Positions 1 through 10,977 of a DNA stretch of 64,000 nt are shown here, in pieces; the first letter of the stretch is position 1, and each line of letters begins with the position of its first letter. Source of the DNA: a virus. Taxonomy: Duplodnaviria; Caudoviricetes. The stretch is from positions 1-64,000 of IMG/VR virus record IMGVR_UViG_2974707348_000001; one strand, 5' to 3'. A program made the position numbers and the translations under genes. The notes below the pieces were generated by a model. The model was not told the origin of the DNA and ran no database searches. It saw only the letters and a list, made by a program, of their open reading frames with translations.

Positions 1-144
1 AGTTTTTTGCGTGTTATGGATATTTTTCCGCAGCACGCTTTTTTTGTATTATAATAGTAAGATAAATGTAAACTGAAAAGTATTGAACTCTCAGCGACAT
101 TGTGGTATAATAGTTATATAACAATTGAATGAGAGGAGATAGAT

Positions 145-1164
145 ATGAGCGTAGTAGAAGCAGATGTATTATCAATTGTACCAAAACCTGATTATGAAGT
201 ATATAATGCTATTCAATCATTTTTAGAGTCAGCAGGGGTTGAATCAAATAACACAAAAGTAACTTATGAGACAGCAATTAAAGACTTTTTTAAAGCAACA
301 CGCTCTAAGAGCCTATATGAGCTTTCTAGGAACGATTTAGTCTTTTCTTATATAGATGTAGAGAAGTACCGTAATGGACTCATAGGAACGCTTAAAAACG
401 CATCTATCAACATTAAGATGATTGCAATTAAAAAGCTATTCGATAAACTTGTTAAATATGAAATAGTGCAAGACAGTAAACCTTTCGAAATGCACAAGTT
501 AAAAGAACATGATATTAAAAGTTATGACTCAATGTCAATTGAAGAGGTTCGTAAATGTATAGACGTTGTAGAAGACTCTAAAAACGGTTTTGAGAAGGGT
601 TTACTTATTCGCTTGGCATTTATCACAGGATTCCGTAAACACGCTCTAATGACCCTTAAATTCGCAAATATAACTACTCTGAATGGACAAAATGTTATTA
701 AGGTCTTAGACAAAGGAAATAAATGGTCTACTAAGAAACTTGACGATGAACTTTATGAAGAAATTATGCAATATAAAGAAATAGTTAATCGTGATAATAT
801 CTTCAATTTATCTAACACAACTGTTCAACGTATGATGAAGTTGATTAATAATAAAGTTGACTTCGGTGATAGATATATTACTTTCCATAGTTTTAAAAAA
901 GCAAGTATTGAAGAAGTAGCCATTCAAACGAATTACGATATTAAAGCAATGCAATATCAAGGTAATCATGCCGATGTAACAACTACGTTAAATGTATATT
1001 TAGCTAAAAAGACAATGGATAATATGCCTACTATATCACTAACAAGTAATGAACCTGATTTGTCTCCTTTAAAAGATTTGACAAAAGATGATTTATATGA
1101 TATTATTAGTAAGCTAGACCGTCAAACACAAATTCAAGTACTTGAATTAGCAAACAAGAAATAG
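145..1164 (+). CDS. tyrosine recombinase/integrase (XerC/D-like)
   Basis: N-terminal SAM-like core-binding region; catalytic-type motifs TGFRK, DKGNK, FHSFKK, GNH, TTLNVY. Confidence 0.85.
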   Translation: MSVVEADVLSIVPKPDYEVYNAIQSFLESAGVESNNTKVTYETAIKDFFKATRSKSLYELSRNDLVFSYIDVEKYRNGLIGTLKNASINIKMIAIKKLFDKLVKYEIVQDSKPFEMHKLKEHDIKSYDSMSIEEVRKCIDVVEDSKNGFEKGLLIRLAFITGFRKHALMTLKFANITTLNGQNVIKVLDKGNKWSTKKLDDELYEEIMQYKEIVNRDNIFNLSNTTVQRMMKLINNKVDFGDRYITFHSFKKASIEEVAIQTNYDIKAMQYQGNHADVTTTLNVYLAKKTMDNMPTISLTSNEPDLSPLKDLTKDDLYDIISKLDRQTQIQVLELANKK

Positions 1165-1172
1165 AGGTAAAA

Positions 1173-3497
1173 ATGGTAAGCCTAAGAAACAATGAACTAT
1201 CAGTTACAGTAATACCGAAACGAGTTATCTTCCAAACGATTAATGAAGAAGATGAAAGCTCGTTCTCAGTATTAGCTTGTAACGTAGTAGAAAAAGGTGT
1301 AGTTAAATTAAATCAATATGGAAATATCACAATCACTGGGGACAACCTTATGGATTTAAAAATTAATGTACCAACCCCAGCATACTTGAGTCCGTCAACG
1401 AACTCTAAATACCCAGATGGATATACTGCACGTATTCCAGTAGATGACATTCCAGAAACAGCAAAAGGTCAATGGGATTTCCTTCGTTCAGTCCTAGGAG
1501 TCACCACAACTGAGAATTTTGCAAAAGTCTATAATGATGATGTTAAAATTGTTGACTTCTTATTTGATGAGTTAAATAGAAATGAAATTATAGCGAATGT
1601 TAAAGGTGTTGGAGAGAAAACTTACGAATCATTTATTAAACAACTTAAAAGTAAATCAGAATATGCTAAGACTTACGCTTTCCTTTCTGATTACGGTATG
1701 ACAGACTCATTAATCTTGAAAATCTATCGCAAACATACTGTCTTTAAAGTAATTAAGAACATTGTAGAAAAAGACATTTTCAGGTTGACGGAGATTAACG
1801 GTATTGGTTTTAAGCGTATTGATGAAATCTATCTTAAGCAAGAAGGTTCTAAAAAAGAAGATGAAAAGCGTATCGTAAGTGGACTTGAATATTACATTTC
1901 AGAAAATCAAGAAAATGGAAACACTCGTATCGAGAAACGTAAGCTTGAACAAGGAAGTCAAACCCTTTTAGATATAAACATTGATTATATTCGCAGAATG
2001 GTCAAACTTAGAACTTTCCACATCCGCACAGACAATATATTCGATGTTATGAGACGTGCACAAGAAGATGAGACATTATTTAAGGGTAAGATTATCGAGT
2101 TTCAAGGAAAATATTCTACCGCTAGTACGTTTACGACAGAGTGGAATGTGTTCAGAGAATTAACTAGTCGTTCCCGTAAAAAACCAGAAATTGCTGTTGC
2201 AGATATGGATTCAATCATCAAGAGATTTGGTGATAAATCAGGATTCTATCTTAGCGAAGAACAAAGTAATTTCTTCCGAAACTTATTCAATTCTGAAATT
2301 AGTTTCCTCTTAGGTTCATCTGGTTCTGGTAAGTCTAGTGCTCAGGCAGTATTACTTGAATATACGAAAGAGACAAATCAGTCAGTATTATTCCTAGCCC
2401 CAACGGGTATGGCCCGTAAACGCATCACAGAGGTAACTGGTAACGTCGCCTACACTATCCACTCATTTATCCGCAGTTCTAAATTAAGTGAGCAAAGTTT
2501 TGACATTTACTTGATTGATGAAGCATCCATGATTGATGTTGAGTTAGCTGAAAAACTTCTTAAGACAATTCCAATAGGTAAGAAAATTATCTTTGTTGGA
2601 GATGGCTCACAGATTCCCTCAGTATCATTTGGGAACTTCCTTTATGATTGTACAAATAACTCTGTTATTAAAATTGATAGATTTACTAAAGTTTTCCGTC
2701 AAAGTGAAGGTGGTATATTAGATATTGTAACTAAGATTCGTCAAGGAGAACAGTTTCTTCCAAACACATTCAATTCTCGTAAAGTTTTTGGTAATAACTG
2801 TGTTTTTGATATGTCAATAGCTCGTAACGAACAACCAATTGATAAAGTTATTACAGCATATAAGAATACTATCAAAACTGGCAAATATACAGAGGACGAT
2901 ATCGTAGTTCTTAGTCCAACCAAAAAAGGTAAAAATGGAACAGTTGCTATAAATAACAGCATTCAATCATTTATTAATCCTCATAAAACATTTAATGAGT
3001 TCAGTTCAGCAACAGATGGAGTAGATGTTGTATTTCGTAAAGGTGATAGAATCCTTAATAAGAAAAACCGTAAAGATATACCTGCGTATTATCAAACAGC
3101 AGGTGACATGTACATCTACAGCGAAAAGAAAGTAGATATTGTAAATGGAGATATCGGACATATTGTAGCCATTAAAGGTAAATCTGTCTATGCTAAATTC
3201 GATGACTCAATCCTTCTTTTCAGTACCACAGACTTTAATAATCAATCAATCATTCATGGGTGGGCGATTACAGGTCATAAATCTCAAGGTTCTGAGTTCA
3301 AGGTAGTTATCTGTCTGTTTGAACGTAGTTCTAAATTCCAAATGAATGGAAACCTGCTCTACACTATGACAAGTCGTGCGAAAGAACTCTTGCTTGTGTT
3401 AGGAGATATCTCAACAATTAATTCGTCATTGAAGAAATTTGAGAATACAAGTCGTGAGACTAATCTTCTTGACTTCTTCAATTTAAAAAATAAGTAA
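1173..3497 (+). CDS. recD2: RecD2/TraA-like SF1B helicase
   Basis: HhH repeats (KGVGEKT, INGIGFKRID), Walker A GSSGSGKS, LAPTG, IDEASM, VGD..QIPSV, FRQ, WAITGHKSQGSEF, LYTMTSRAK. Confidence 0.9.
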   Translation: MVSLRNNELSVTVIPKRVIFQTINEEDESSFSVLACNVVEKGVVKLNQYGNITITGDNLMDLKINVPTPAYLSPSTNSKYPDGYTARIPVDDIPETAKGQWDFLRSVLGVTTTENFAKVYNDDVKIVDFLFDELNRNEIIANVKGVGEKTYESFIKQLKSKSEYAKTYAFLSDYGMTDSLILKIYRKHTVFKVIKNIVEKDIFRLTEINGIGFKRIDEIYLKQEGSKKEDEKRIVSGLEYYISENQENGNTRIEKRKLEQGSQTLLDINIDYIRRMVKLRTFHIRTDNIFDVMRRAQEDETLFKGKIIEFQGKYSTASTFTTEWNVFRELTSRSRKKPEIAVADMDSIIKRFGDKSGFYLSEEQSNFFRNLFNSEISFLLGSSGSGKSSAQAVLLEYTKETNQSVLFLAPTGMARKRITEVTGNVAYTIHSFIRSSKLSEQSFDIYLIDEASMIDVELAEKLLKTIPIGKKIIFVGDGSQIPSVSFGNFLYDCTNNSVIKIDRFTKVFRQSEGGILDIVTKIRQGEQFLPNTFNSRKVFGNNCVFDMSIARNEQPIDKVITAYKNTIKTGKYTEDDIVVLSPTKKGKNGTVAINNSIQSFINPHKTFNEFSSATDGVDVVFRKGDRILNKKNRKDIPAYYQTAGDMYIYSEKKVDIVNGDIGHIVAIKGKSVYAKFDDSILLFSTTDFNNQSIIHGWAITGHKSQGSEFKVVICLFERSSKFQMNGNLLYTMTSRAKELLLVLGDISTINSSLKKFENTSRETNLLDFFNLKNK

Positions 3498-3530
3498 CAT
3501 TATTGTAAGAGAAATGACATAACATTCTAT

Positions 3531-3559
3531 TTGACATTTCTCTCTTATTATGGTATAAT
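3531..3559 (+). promoter_or_regulatory. sigma70-type promoter with extended -10; representative of many near-identical promoters (e.g. 5875, 8922, 23246, 43260, 46158, 47449, 54190)
   Basis: TTGACA-17 bp-TATAAT with TG immediately upstream of the -10. Confidence 0.85.
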
Positions 3560-3589
3560 ATATAAATACCGTAAAGAAAAGGAGAAAAA

Positions 3590-4198
3590 ATGATAAACAT
3601 TTTTGCGGAAGACTTCAATAACTTCATCAAAGAACACAATATCAAAATCAATACTATGCAAGATATGATTAATGCTATTGAATACTTTGAAATCTATGAC
3701 GAGATTGAAGCTCTTAAAAAACATAATAATTTTTTTGATGAGGTTCAACTAGAGCTCGTACACCATACACCTTTATCTTCTGATGAAGCTGTAAATCTTT
3801 CTAAGAAAGAAGTGTGTGACCTTCTCGGACAACTCAAAAAAGCAGAGAATACAGAAGACAGAAATGAAATTATTTTCCTTATGGCAAATGAAATCAACTC
3901 TGCATATAAACATCTCTCACTATTTTATTCTAATGAAAAATTTTTGACCGATGCACATGATTTCATGGATAATGTCTGGGATAGCTTTCATACTTGTGGG
4001 ATTAAATATGATTTAGATGAAATGAACACTGTGATGGAAAATTCATTCGCACAACGAGACTTGTATATGGACACATTCAAAACAGATAATATCCTTGTAT
4101 TTTTTAACTCAGTTGATAATTCAGGTGGGGCGCTAAAACTAGATACAATGCAGGATATCGCAGTCTTCACAAAAGTCATTCGTGACTTAATTAAATAA
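3590..4198 (+). CDS. hypothetical protein
   Basis: 202-aa ORF with AGGAG RBS downstream of a promoter. Confidence 0.75.
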   Translation: MINIFAEDFNNFIKEHNIKINTMQDMINAIEYFEIYDEIEALKKHNNFFDEVQLELVHHTPLSSDEAVNLSKKEVCDLLGQLKKAENTEDRNEIIFLMANEINSAYKHLSLFYSNEKFLTDAHDFMDNVWDSFHTCGIKYDLDEMNTVMENSFAQRDLYMDTFKTDNILVFFNSVDNSGGALKLDTMQDIAVFTKVIRDLIK

Positions 4199-4257
4199 TA
4201 AAGAAAAGCAAATAACTAGAGTGTGAATTAATTCACACCGAAAGGAAAACTTATACA

Positions 4258-5818
4258 ATGAAAAAATTAACTATCTTAACTGTCGCAACAGCAACGCTTT
4301 TGACACTCGGTGCTACACTTCCAACATATGCAAAAGCAGAGGAAGTCAAAGAAGGAAACACTACTTTTTATGTAGTAGAATCTGGTGACACCCTATCTAA
4401 AATTTCTGAAAAATATGGTGTTCACTTTTCAGTAACACATGCAAATAACGCAAACCAAATCTCTAATGCAGATTTAATCTTTGCAGGTCAAAAACTTATT
4501 GTAGATGGCGAAGGGTTTGATAAAACAAAAGCTACAGTAGTATCAACAACATACAAACAAGACGAAGTTCAAGCTTCTACACAGGGAGATGAAACACCTG
4601 TTGAATCGGCACATGAACAAGCTCCAGTTCAAGAAGCACCTCCTGCTCAAGCTCCAGCTGGTGGAATTGACCTTAATCAAACATCAGGCTCAGTTGACAT
4701 CAACGCTTTAGCTAATTACTTAGCTGGTGCAGGAATGTCTGCTGGATATTCAGCAAGTGAATGGGCTTATATCATTTCTCGTGAATCAAATGGTAGTGTA
4801 ACAGCAACTAATGCATCATCAGGTGCTTATGGGTTAACAGTATAGGAAATGCCCATATAAAATTCCGTGAACTGCTGGAAACTCCTTAAGCTTGTATAGC
4901 TACAAACATAACTCGTGAGGGTACAGTTGAATGCTCTAAAAATATACAAGATTGGACAATCAGCATCCAAGGCATCTCTAATGAGAGAAGCAAGGTTCAA
5001 CGACTACATATACTAGTAACCTAGTTAGTGCGGAACATCAATAAGTAAATTTTTATTGATGATGATATAGTCTAAACACAAGACGAAAGATTGTGAGGTA
5101 CATCTATTGGATGAAATCTGGAAAGAATTACCCTTAAAAGGGTATTACATAAGTAACTTAGGTAGAATTAAATCATGTAGACCTATAAATGGAAAAGGTA
5201 AAATGTTATCATTCGATACAGGTAGGTTTATAAAATTTTCTCATGATAAAGATGGATATGAAATAGCTAATATACGAGGACTATCTACAAAGAAAGTACA
5301 TAGGCTTGTATTGATAACTTTTGAGGGGTATCACCCTGATAAAAATAAGAATTTAGTAAATCATAAAAATGAGATAAAAAACGACAATAGATTGTGTAAT
5401 TTAGAATGGGTTACACCTATGGAAAATTCTAACTATGGAACTTCAAAACAAAGATTATCCAAAGCGTTAACTGGTCGAAAAAAAACAATGACTGAAAAAG
5501 CTTTGAAACAGAAAGAGAATGCAAGAGATAATATAAAGAATGTTAAGAAAAAGGCTTATGCCAAAAAGGGCAACCAGTTTCTTGTCTTTGATAGCGTAAA
5601 ACAACTATCAGAACATTTTGGTGTTAAGTATGTAGAAATTTCTTCTCGTGGAAAAGTTATTAGTAAGGGTAAGTTAAAAGGGTGGACTGTAAACGTAGAT
5701 GACTAACCGTAATGGTTTCCAATTGCTAGGTCATGGCGAATATGCTGGAATGACACTTGGTGAACAAATTGATATGGCTCGTGGATTGCCACGTGGTTCA
5801 TGGGTAGTTTATCCATAA
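4258..5818 (+). CDS. secreted LysM-domain lytic transglycosylase-like protein, spliced join(4258..4834,5715..5818), 226 aa
   Basis: Signal peptide, LysM (YVVESGDTLSKIS), SLT-like IISRESNG..NASSGAYG; splicing restores GAYGCFQLLG and an in-frame stop at 5816-5818. Confidence 0.85.
4835..5714 (+). mobile_element. group I intron in the LysM/transglycosylase gene
   Basis: P1 TATGGGT/GCCCATA with U.G at the splice site; P10 GGAAAT pairs with exon 2 GTTTCC; core elements TGCTGGAAA, AATCAGCA, TCAACGACTAC, GATATAGTCT; terminal G. Confidence 0.9.
5107..5706 (+). CDS. intron-encoded NUMOD4/HNH homing endonuclease
   Basis: EIWK..YYISNLGRIKS; VHRLV..VNHKNEIKNDNRLCNLEW. Confidence 0.9.
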   Translation: MDEIWKELPLKGYYISNLGRIKSCRPINGKGKMLSFDTGRFIKFSHDKDGYEIANIRGLSTKKVHRLVLITFEGYHPDKNKNLVNHKNEIKNDNRLCNLEWVTPMENSNYGTSKQRLSKALTGRKKTMTEKALKQKENARDNIKNVKKKAYAKKGNQFLVFDSVKQLSEHFGVKYVEISSRGKVISKGKLKGWTVNVDD

Positions 5819-5941
5819 GAAAGAAAATTAAAAGAGGAGAATAAATCTTCTCTTTTTTTGTATACACTCGATACTTGACAAATTGAATATAATATGATAT
5901 AATTATATGTATATAGAATATTAATCGGAAAGGAGATTTAA

Positions 5942-6325
5942 TTGGAAGAACAAGTATTAGGAATATCATTAATCTCAGAAGTAGATGGAAAACGTGAACC
6001 ATACTTTGTAGGAAATTTCATTGAAACAATGTTTGGTGTTCCATTAAACACATTAATCGAAAATATTGATGTTTCTGAAAACGAGTCTGATAAACTTTAT
6101 GATGTAGTATTTACTTTCTTAAATAATACTGAGCTAGAGTTTTCACTTCTTAAAAACCAACTAGCAATATGGCAGACTGACGAGCCTGATGTCTACAATA
6201 AGTTTAAAAAAGAATCAGAACTTAGTTCAGAAGCCTATCTTGATAGTTTAGAAGAACAAGAAGAAGAATTGAAGAAAATTAACGAAGAAAAGGCTAGACG
6301 TAGCTTGAAACCTAATGGTATCTAA
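5942..6325 (+). CDS. hypothetical protein
   Basis: TTG start with AGGAG RBS after a promoter. Confidence 0.7.
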   Translation: MEEQVLGISLISEVDGKREPYFVGNFIETMFGVPLNTLIENIDVSENESDKLYDVVFTFLNNTELEFSLLKNQLAIWQTDEPDVYNKFKKESELSSEAYLDSLEEQEEELKKINEEKARRSLKPNGI

Positions 6326-6340
6326 GGGGAATATAACAAA

Positions 6341-6706
6341 ATGAATGAGGCACAAAAACACGAAAAAATAATTGAAGAAATTCATGACATGTTTGTGAAG
6401 AAAAACGCAGACTATGGTAATTCATTTGAAAAGAGTTTGGATGAGTGGGGATTAATTGTTTCGGCAATGAGAGTTCAAGAGAAACTTGACCGTGTAAAAA
6501 CTTCACTTAAGCATGAGCTTAAAGTAAAAGACGAGTCAGTAGAGGATTCATTCCTCGATATTGCGAACTACGCTATTATGACAGCAATGTGGTTACGAAA
6601 AGAAAAAGAAAAGAAAGAAGAATCAATGACTTACGAAGAATATGAAGAGAATCTAGTTAAAAAAGAAACGAGAGGAATACAGTTTGGTAAGTCATCTAGG
6701 AAATAG
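6341..6706 (+). CDS. DUF1599-like (nucleotide-modification-associated, MazG-like helical fold) protein
   Basis: KKNADYGNSF..R..EKLDR..DESVEDSFLDIANYAIM signature. Confidence 0.75.
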   Translation: MNEAQKHEKIIEEIHDMFVKKNADYGNSFEKSLDEWGLIVSAMRVQEKLDRVKTSLKHELKVKDESVEDSFLDIANYAIMTAMWLRKEKEKKEESMTYEEYEENLVKKETRGIQFGKSSRK

Positions 6707-6708
6707 AA

Positions 6709-7870
6709 ATGAATAAATATGATGGAGATTTTAGTCATGTAGAAGTGACACAATTAATTGAGTATGAAGATGAGTTAAATTGCGATATTGATTTGTATAA
6801 CGAAAGCATTATTCGCTTGCAATTAAGCTATCAACGAGAAGAAAAACCATTCAAAGAATATCTGAGTGAGTTTGAAATACTTAATGGTAAAATTGAACAA
6901 CTACGTGAATATCGAAACAACTTAACTTTAATTATCAATTCTCGAATCAAAGAATTTGACAATGACAATATCTTTGAATTAGACAACGAGGACTTTGTAG
7001 AACAATTCTATAAAGAAATGAAAAATGGAGGTTATGAAATTTGATTGATTATGAAACAAGAGATAAATTTAAAAAAGAATTGTCTGAGAAAACAAATGAA
7101 GAATTGTTAAGTCTCATTAGAGAATTTACAAAAAAATCTCGTGAATTACTAACTTCTTTGGCAAGATATGAAACGAGTGACGATTACACAATTATTAAAC
7201 AGATTGTTGACAATGAATATTATCGAACCACAACAATAGATTATTTAGTTGGAGGTGCTATTTAATGTTAATTAAAACTTTAAAAGTTATTAACCATTAT
7301 GAAAGTGGCTTTTTAGATAAATCATCTAAAATAACTGTAGAAATATTTGATGTAGACCGCAATGTAAAAATTATAGAAGGTGACATTGCTCGTGACAACA
7401 TGAATGAAATTCTTAAAGGGATTAAAATAGGAATTAATATGGCAGGATATCAAGTTACAGTTTTACCAATTGAAGAACATGATGACTTGACAAAAGCAGT
7501 TCGGAAGTTAAAGTAGATTTTGAGAGTTAGAATGATTAAAAGAATAACTCAGGCTTTCGAAGTAAGAGGTGAAATAATCGTTATTAAAGAATTTGCTAAA
7601 TTTGATGATTCAGGCAATTTAATATATGATAAGGTTCTTGATGATATCGCAATGAATAAGATATACGAAATATATCGAGAGAGAATGGGTTACTACAGTT
7701 TAGGAACGATACGTCAGTTAATCTTCTATTATGCAGGTGGATATGAGAAGGCATCTGAGATATCAGGATTATCTAAATTAAGTCTTAAATTACTTTGTAG
7801 TGGAAGTCTTGCAACACAATATGAAGAAGATAGATTAGAGCTTATAGTTAAAGCAGGTCTTATATTATAA
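6709..7870 (+). CDS. run of four small hypothetical ORFs (6709-7044, 7041-7265, 7265-7516, ~7520-7870)
   Basis: Abutting or overlapping start/stop codons. Confidence 0.65.
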
Positions 7871-7945
7871 ACTTAGAAATCAATCACGGAACATATACAT
7901 TTGCGGTGATAATGCTTACCGAGAGGTAAGAAGGAGGAAGCCAAA

Positions 7946-8542
7946 GTGGCTAAATTATTTTTTAAATATGGAACAATGAAATCAGGTAAATCAACGCATC
8001 TGTTGATGACTAAACACAATTATACAAGTCAAAATAAAAGAGTACTGGTATATACAAGTAATAAAGATACAAGGTGGGGGAGTGAAAAGGTAATTTCTCG
8101 AATTGGAATCAATAGTTTTGCATTACCTGTGACAGATGAAATTTTTAATGAGATTAAAGAAGAACACTTTAAAAATCACATCGCTTGTGTTTTGGTAGAT
8201 GAAGCTCAATTTCTTTCTGCTGAACAGATTGTCGCTCTTTGTTCAGTTGTAGATAATCTAGAAATACCTGTGATATGTTATGGGTTGAAAAACGATTTTA
8301 GAAATGCTCTCTTCGAAGGTTCTAAAACTCTACTAGAGCTTGCAGATGAAATTGAATTAATCAAAACCGTCTGCGAACATCACACATGTGGTAAAAAGGC
8401 AACAATGAATTTACGATTAGTAGACGGTAAACCGATTTATAAAGGTGAACAGTTCCAACTGGGAGATGAGGATTATGTTCCAGTATGTCGGAAGCATTAT
8501 TATCACTATGAGGAGGATGAAGATGGTAGATACTTTAGCTGA
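7946..8542 (+). CDS. tdk: thymidine kinase
   Basis: YGTMKSGKST, VISRIG, VLVDEAQFL, YGLKNDFR, C-terminal Zn-binding Cys and YVPVCRKHY. Confidence 0.95.
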   Translation: MAKLFFKYGTMKSGKSTHLLMTKHNYTSQNKRVLVYTSNKDTRWGSEKVISRIGINSFALPVTDEIFNEIKEEHFKNHIACVLVDEAQFLSAEQIVALCSVVDNLEIPVICYGLKNDFRNALFEGSKTLLELADEIELIKTVCEHHTCGKKATMNLRLVDGKPIYKGEQFQLGDEDYVPVCRKHYYHYEEDEDGRYFS

Positions 8543-10582
8543 TTTAGTTCCTCTATATGGAATAATTCTTATTATTGCCATATGGTGGTTCGGAAGTTAT
8601 TTAATAAGTAAACGGTATTCTAAAGATGTAAAGTTATTAGAACTCCATGATAGAATGAAAATTAAATTGGGAGAAGAGTTAAATGTCCCAAAAGAAGAGG
8701 TTCTTGAAATGTGGTTTGATAGAAACATCAGAGATGCAAAAGGGGTATATGTCATTGACAATAAGATATTTAGTAACTACATCTTTACCGTGAAATACAC
8801 AACTAAAGAAGATAGTTACGAAATTGAAACTTTTAAGAAAGTTCAAGAGGAAGTGGCAGATTTTTAAGGAGTCTAAAGATTCCTTTTTTTTATTTGTTAG
8901 GAAACTGTAACAACATATTCATTGACAATTGGGTATGATTATGTTATAATATATAATATAGACAAAACAAATAAAGGAGAACTAAATGTTTTGGATTTTA
9001 GCCATATTAATAATATTCATGTTCTATCGACCTAAAGAGATGATTCTAATTTTGTTCACTTTCGCATTTTTTGGATTTGGATATTGGATATTTAGTTTTA
9101 TATCATCAGAACCAGTACTTACTTTTTCAATATCTATATTTGTAATTTGGATTTTGTCTTTGTTTCTAGGATTGATAAATAAAACAACAGAAGAGGATAA
9201 AAATGAAGATAACACCTAGGGAAGAATATTTATTAAATTGTTTAAGACATATTTCTGAAACATCTTCTGAGTCGGATGTTGCAGACTTTGCATATGAAGC
9301 TATTTATATTTCTGGGACATTCCCAGAAGAAAAAAGTATTGTAGAGGAATATTTAGAATTAGTTAATGAACTGTGGGAATGTTGTCGCAGTGAAGAACCA
9401 CCTCTATATGACTTATACGAAAGATTTGAGGAATTAAATATAAAATGAAAGATTTAGAACAAATTATTAAAGAACCCCTTTGTTATCTCCGCAACACAGT
9501 TGCTTATAAAGAGATTAAAAGTAATGAAGCTGTTAGTTACAAAAATTTATACTTAGCATCTGATGGAACTCTTGTATCTAATAAACTTTTTGCAAAGAAA
9601 TTTAAAATGGAAGAGGTTGAAGATGTTAAAAGTGGAGTATATGAATTAGAATTTATCGAGGAAAAATAAATGAGAACATATAAAGGATTTATACAAAGAC
9701 TTGACAAAGTAACTAGTATTGTGAGAGAAACTGTCGGAGATAAAGAAAAAAGCGAATTAACAAAAGAAGAATTGCTCGTTGTAGTTAAGTGTTGTGAATA
9801 CATAGCTCATAGTTATTATAAAATGGCAATTATTAATGGATTCAAACAAGCTGGTGCTGGATTCTTAATAAATGACCATAGGAGAAAAAAATAGCATGTA
9901 CTTAGTAATGATTGAAACGTACAAAGATGAAACAAACATTCCCTATTATGAAACTCGTAGTATAAAAGGAGACCAAAATCTCCTAAAAGAATTACACCAT
10001 ATTAGAGATGTAGAAGGATATTCACAAGAAAGCATTAAGACATTTATCAAGAAACTAGATGAAGATGGTCTAGTATCATGGGAGGAAATAGAATATGGAT
10101 TTTAATGATGTATTAACTTTAGCAGTTTTAATTGCAGGATTACTTATTAATAAATGGATAAATAAAAAATATGGAGATGATTAAATGAAAGTAAAAGAAT
10201 TAATCAAAGTGCTAGAAAATCAACCGCAAGATATGGAAGTATGTTTTGATTATACTGATGGATGGTCAACTGATGACATTGACGAAGTTATCATTGCAAA
10301 TAAATACTATGATTATGATTTTGAAAAAGTAGTAGTCTTAATAGGAGGAAAATTATGAAAGAAACAGTAGCAGTTATTTTAGTTTGGGTTGGTGCAACAG
10401 TAATGAATGTCTCATTTTGGGTGTGGTTAATTTCATTGCTTGTATGGAAATTCTTTGCAGTAGTTGGTGCATCAACAGTTATCTATCCATCATTTTATTT
10501 CTTGGTTGGAGGAGTCATTACATTCGTAGTAGGGATTATTCTTGGAGCAATCGCAACCAAGAAAGATATTACTAAATGGTAA
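8520..10582 (+). CDS. cluster of small hypothetical and membrane ORFs (e.g. ~8520-8867, 8986-9219, 9203-9448, 9445-9669, 9670-9894, 10355-10582)
   Basis: Tightly packed ORFs with RBSs; several hydrophobic. Confidence 0.6.
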
Positions 10583-10598
10583 TTTAAGGAGAGAGTCA

Positions 10599-10976
10599 AT
10601 GAGTGAGGTATTTAAAGTCATCGTAGCTGGTGGACGTGACTTCGGAAATTATTCATATCTTAAAGAATCATTAGGCAGAATCTTGGCAGATATTAAAGAA
10701 CCAATTGTAATTGTTTCAGGTGGTGCAAGCGGAGCAGATATGTTAGGTGAAAAATATGCTCGTGATAAGGGATATGAGGTAGAACGACATCCAGCTCAAT
10801 GGGAATTGTTTGGTCGTGGCGCAGGAAATAGAAGAAATGCAGAGATGGGAATCTCTGTAAAGAATAATGGAAAAGGAATGCTAGTAGCATTTTGGGATAT
10901 GAAATCAAAAGGTACATCCAACATGATTGATGTGGCAGAGAGATATAACATTCCTTATCGAGTAGTAGAATATTGA
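10599..10976 (+). CDS. DUF2493/YspA-like SLOG-family protein
   Basis: VIVAGGRDF, IVSGGASGAD..GE.YA, AG..RN..M, VAFWD..SKGT..MI. Confidence 0.85.
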   Translation: MSEVFKVIVAGGRDFGNYSYLKESLGRILADIKEPIVIVSGGASGADMLGEKYARDKGYEVERHPAQWELFGRGAGNRRNAEMGISVKNNGKGMLVAFWDMKSKGTSNMIDVAERYNIPYRVVEY

Positions 10977-10977
10977 G

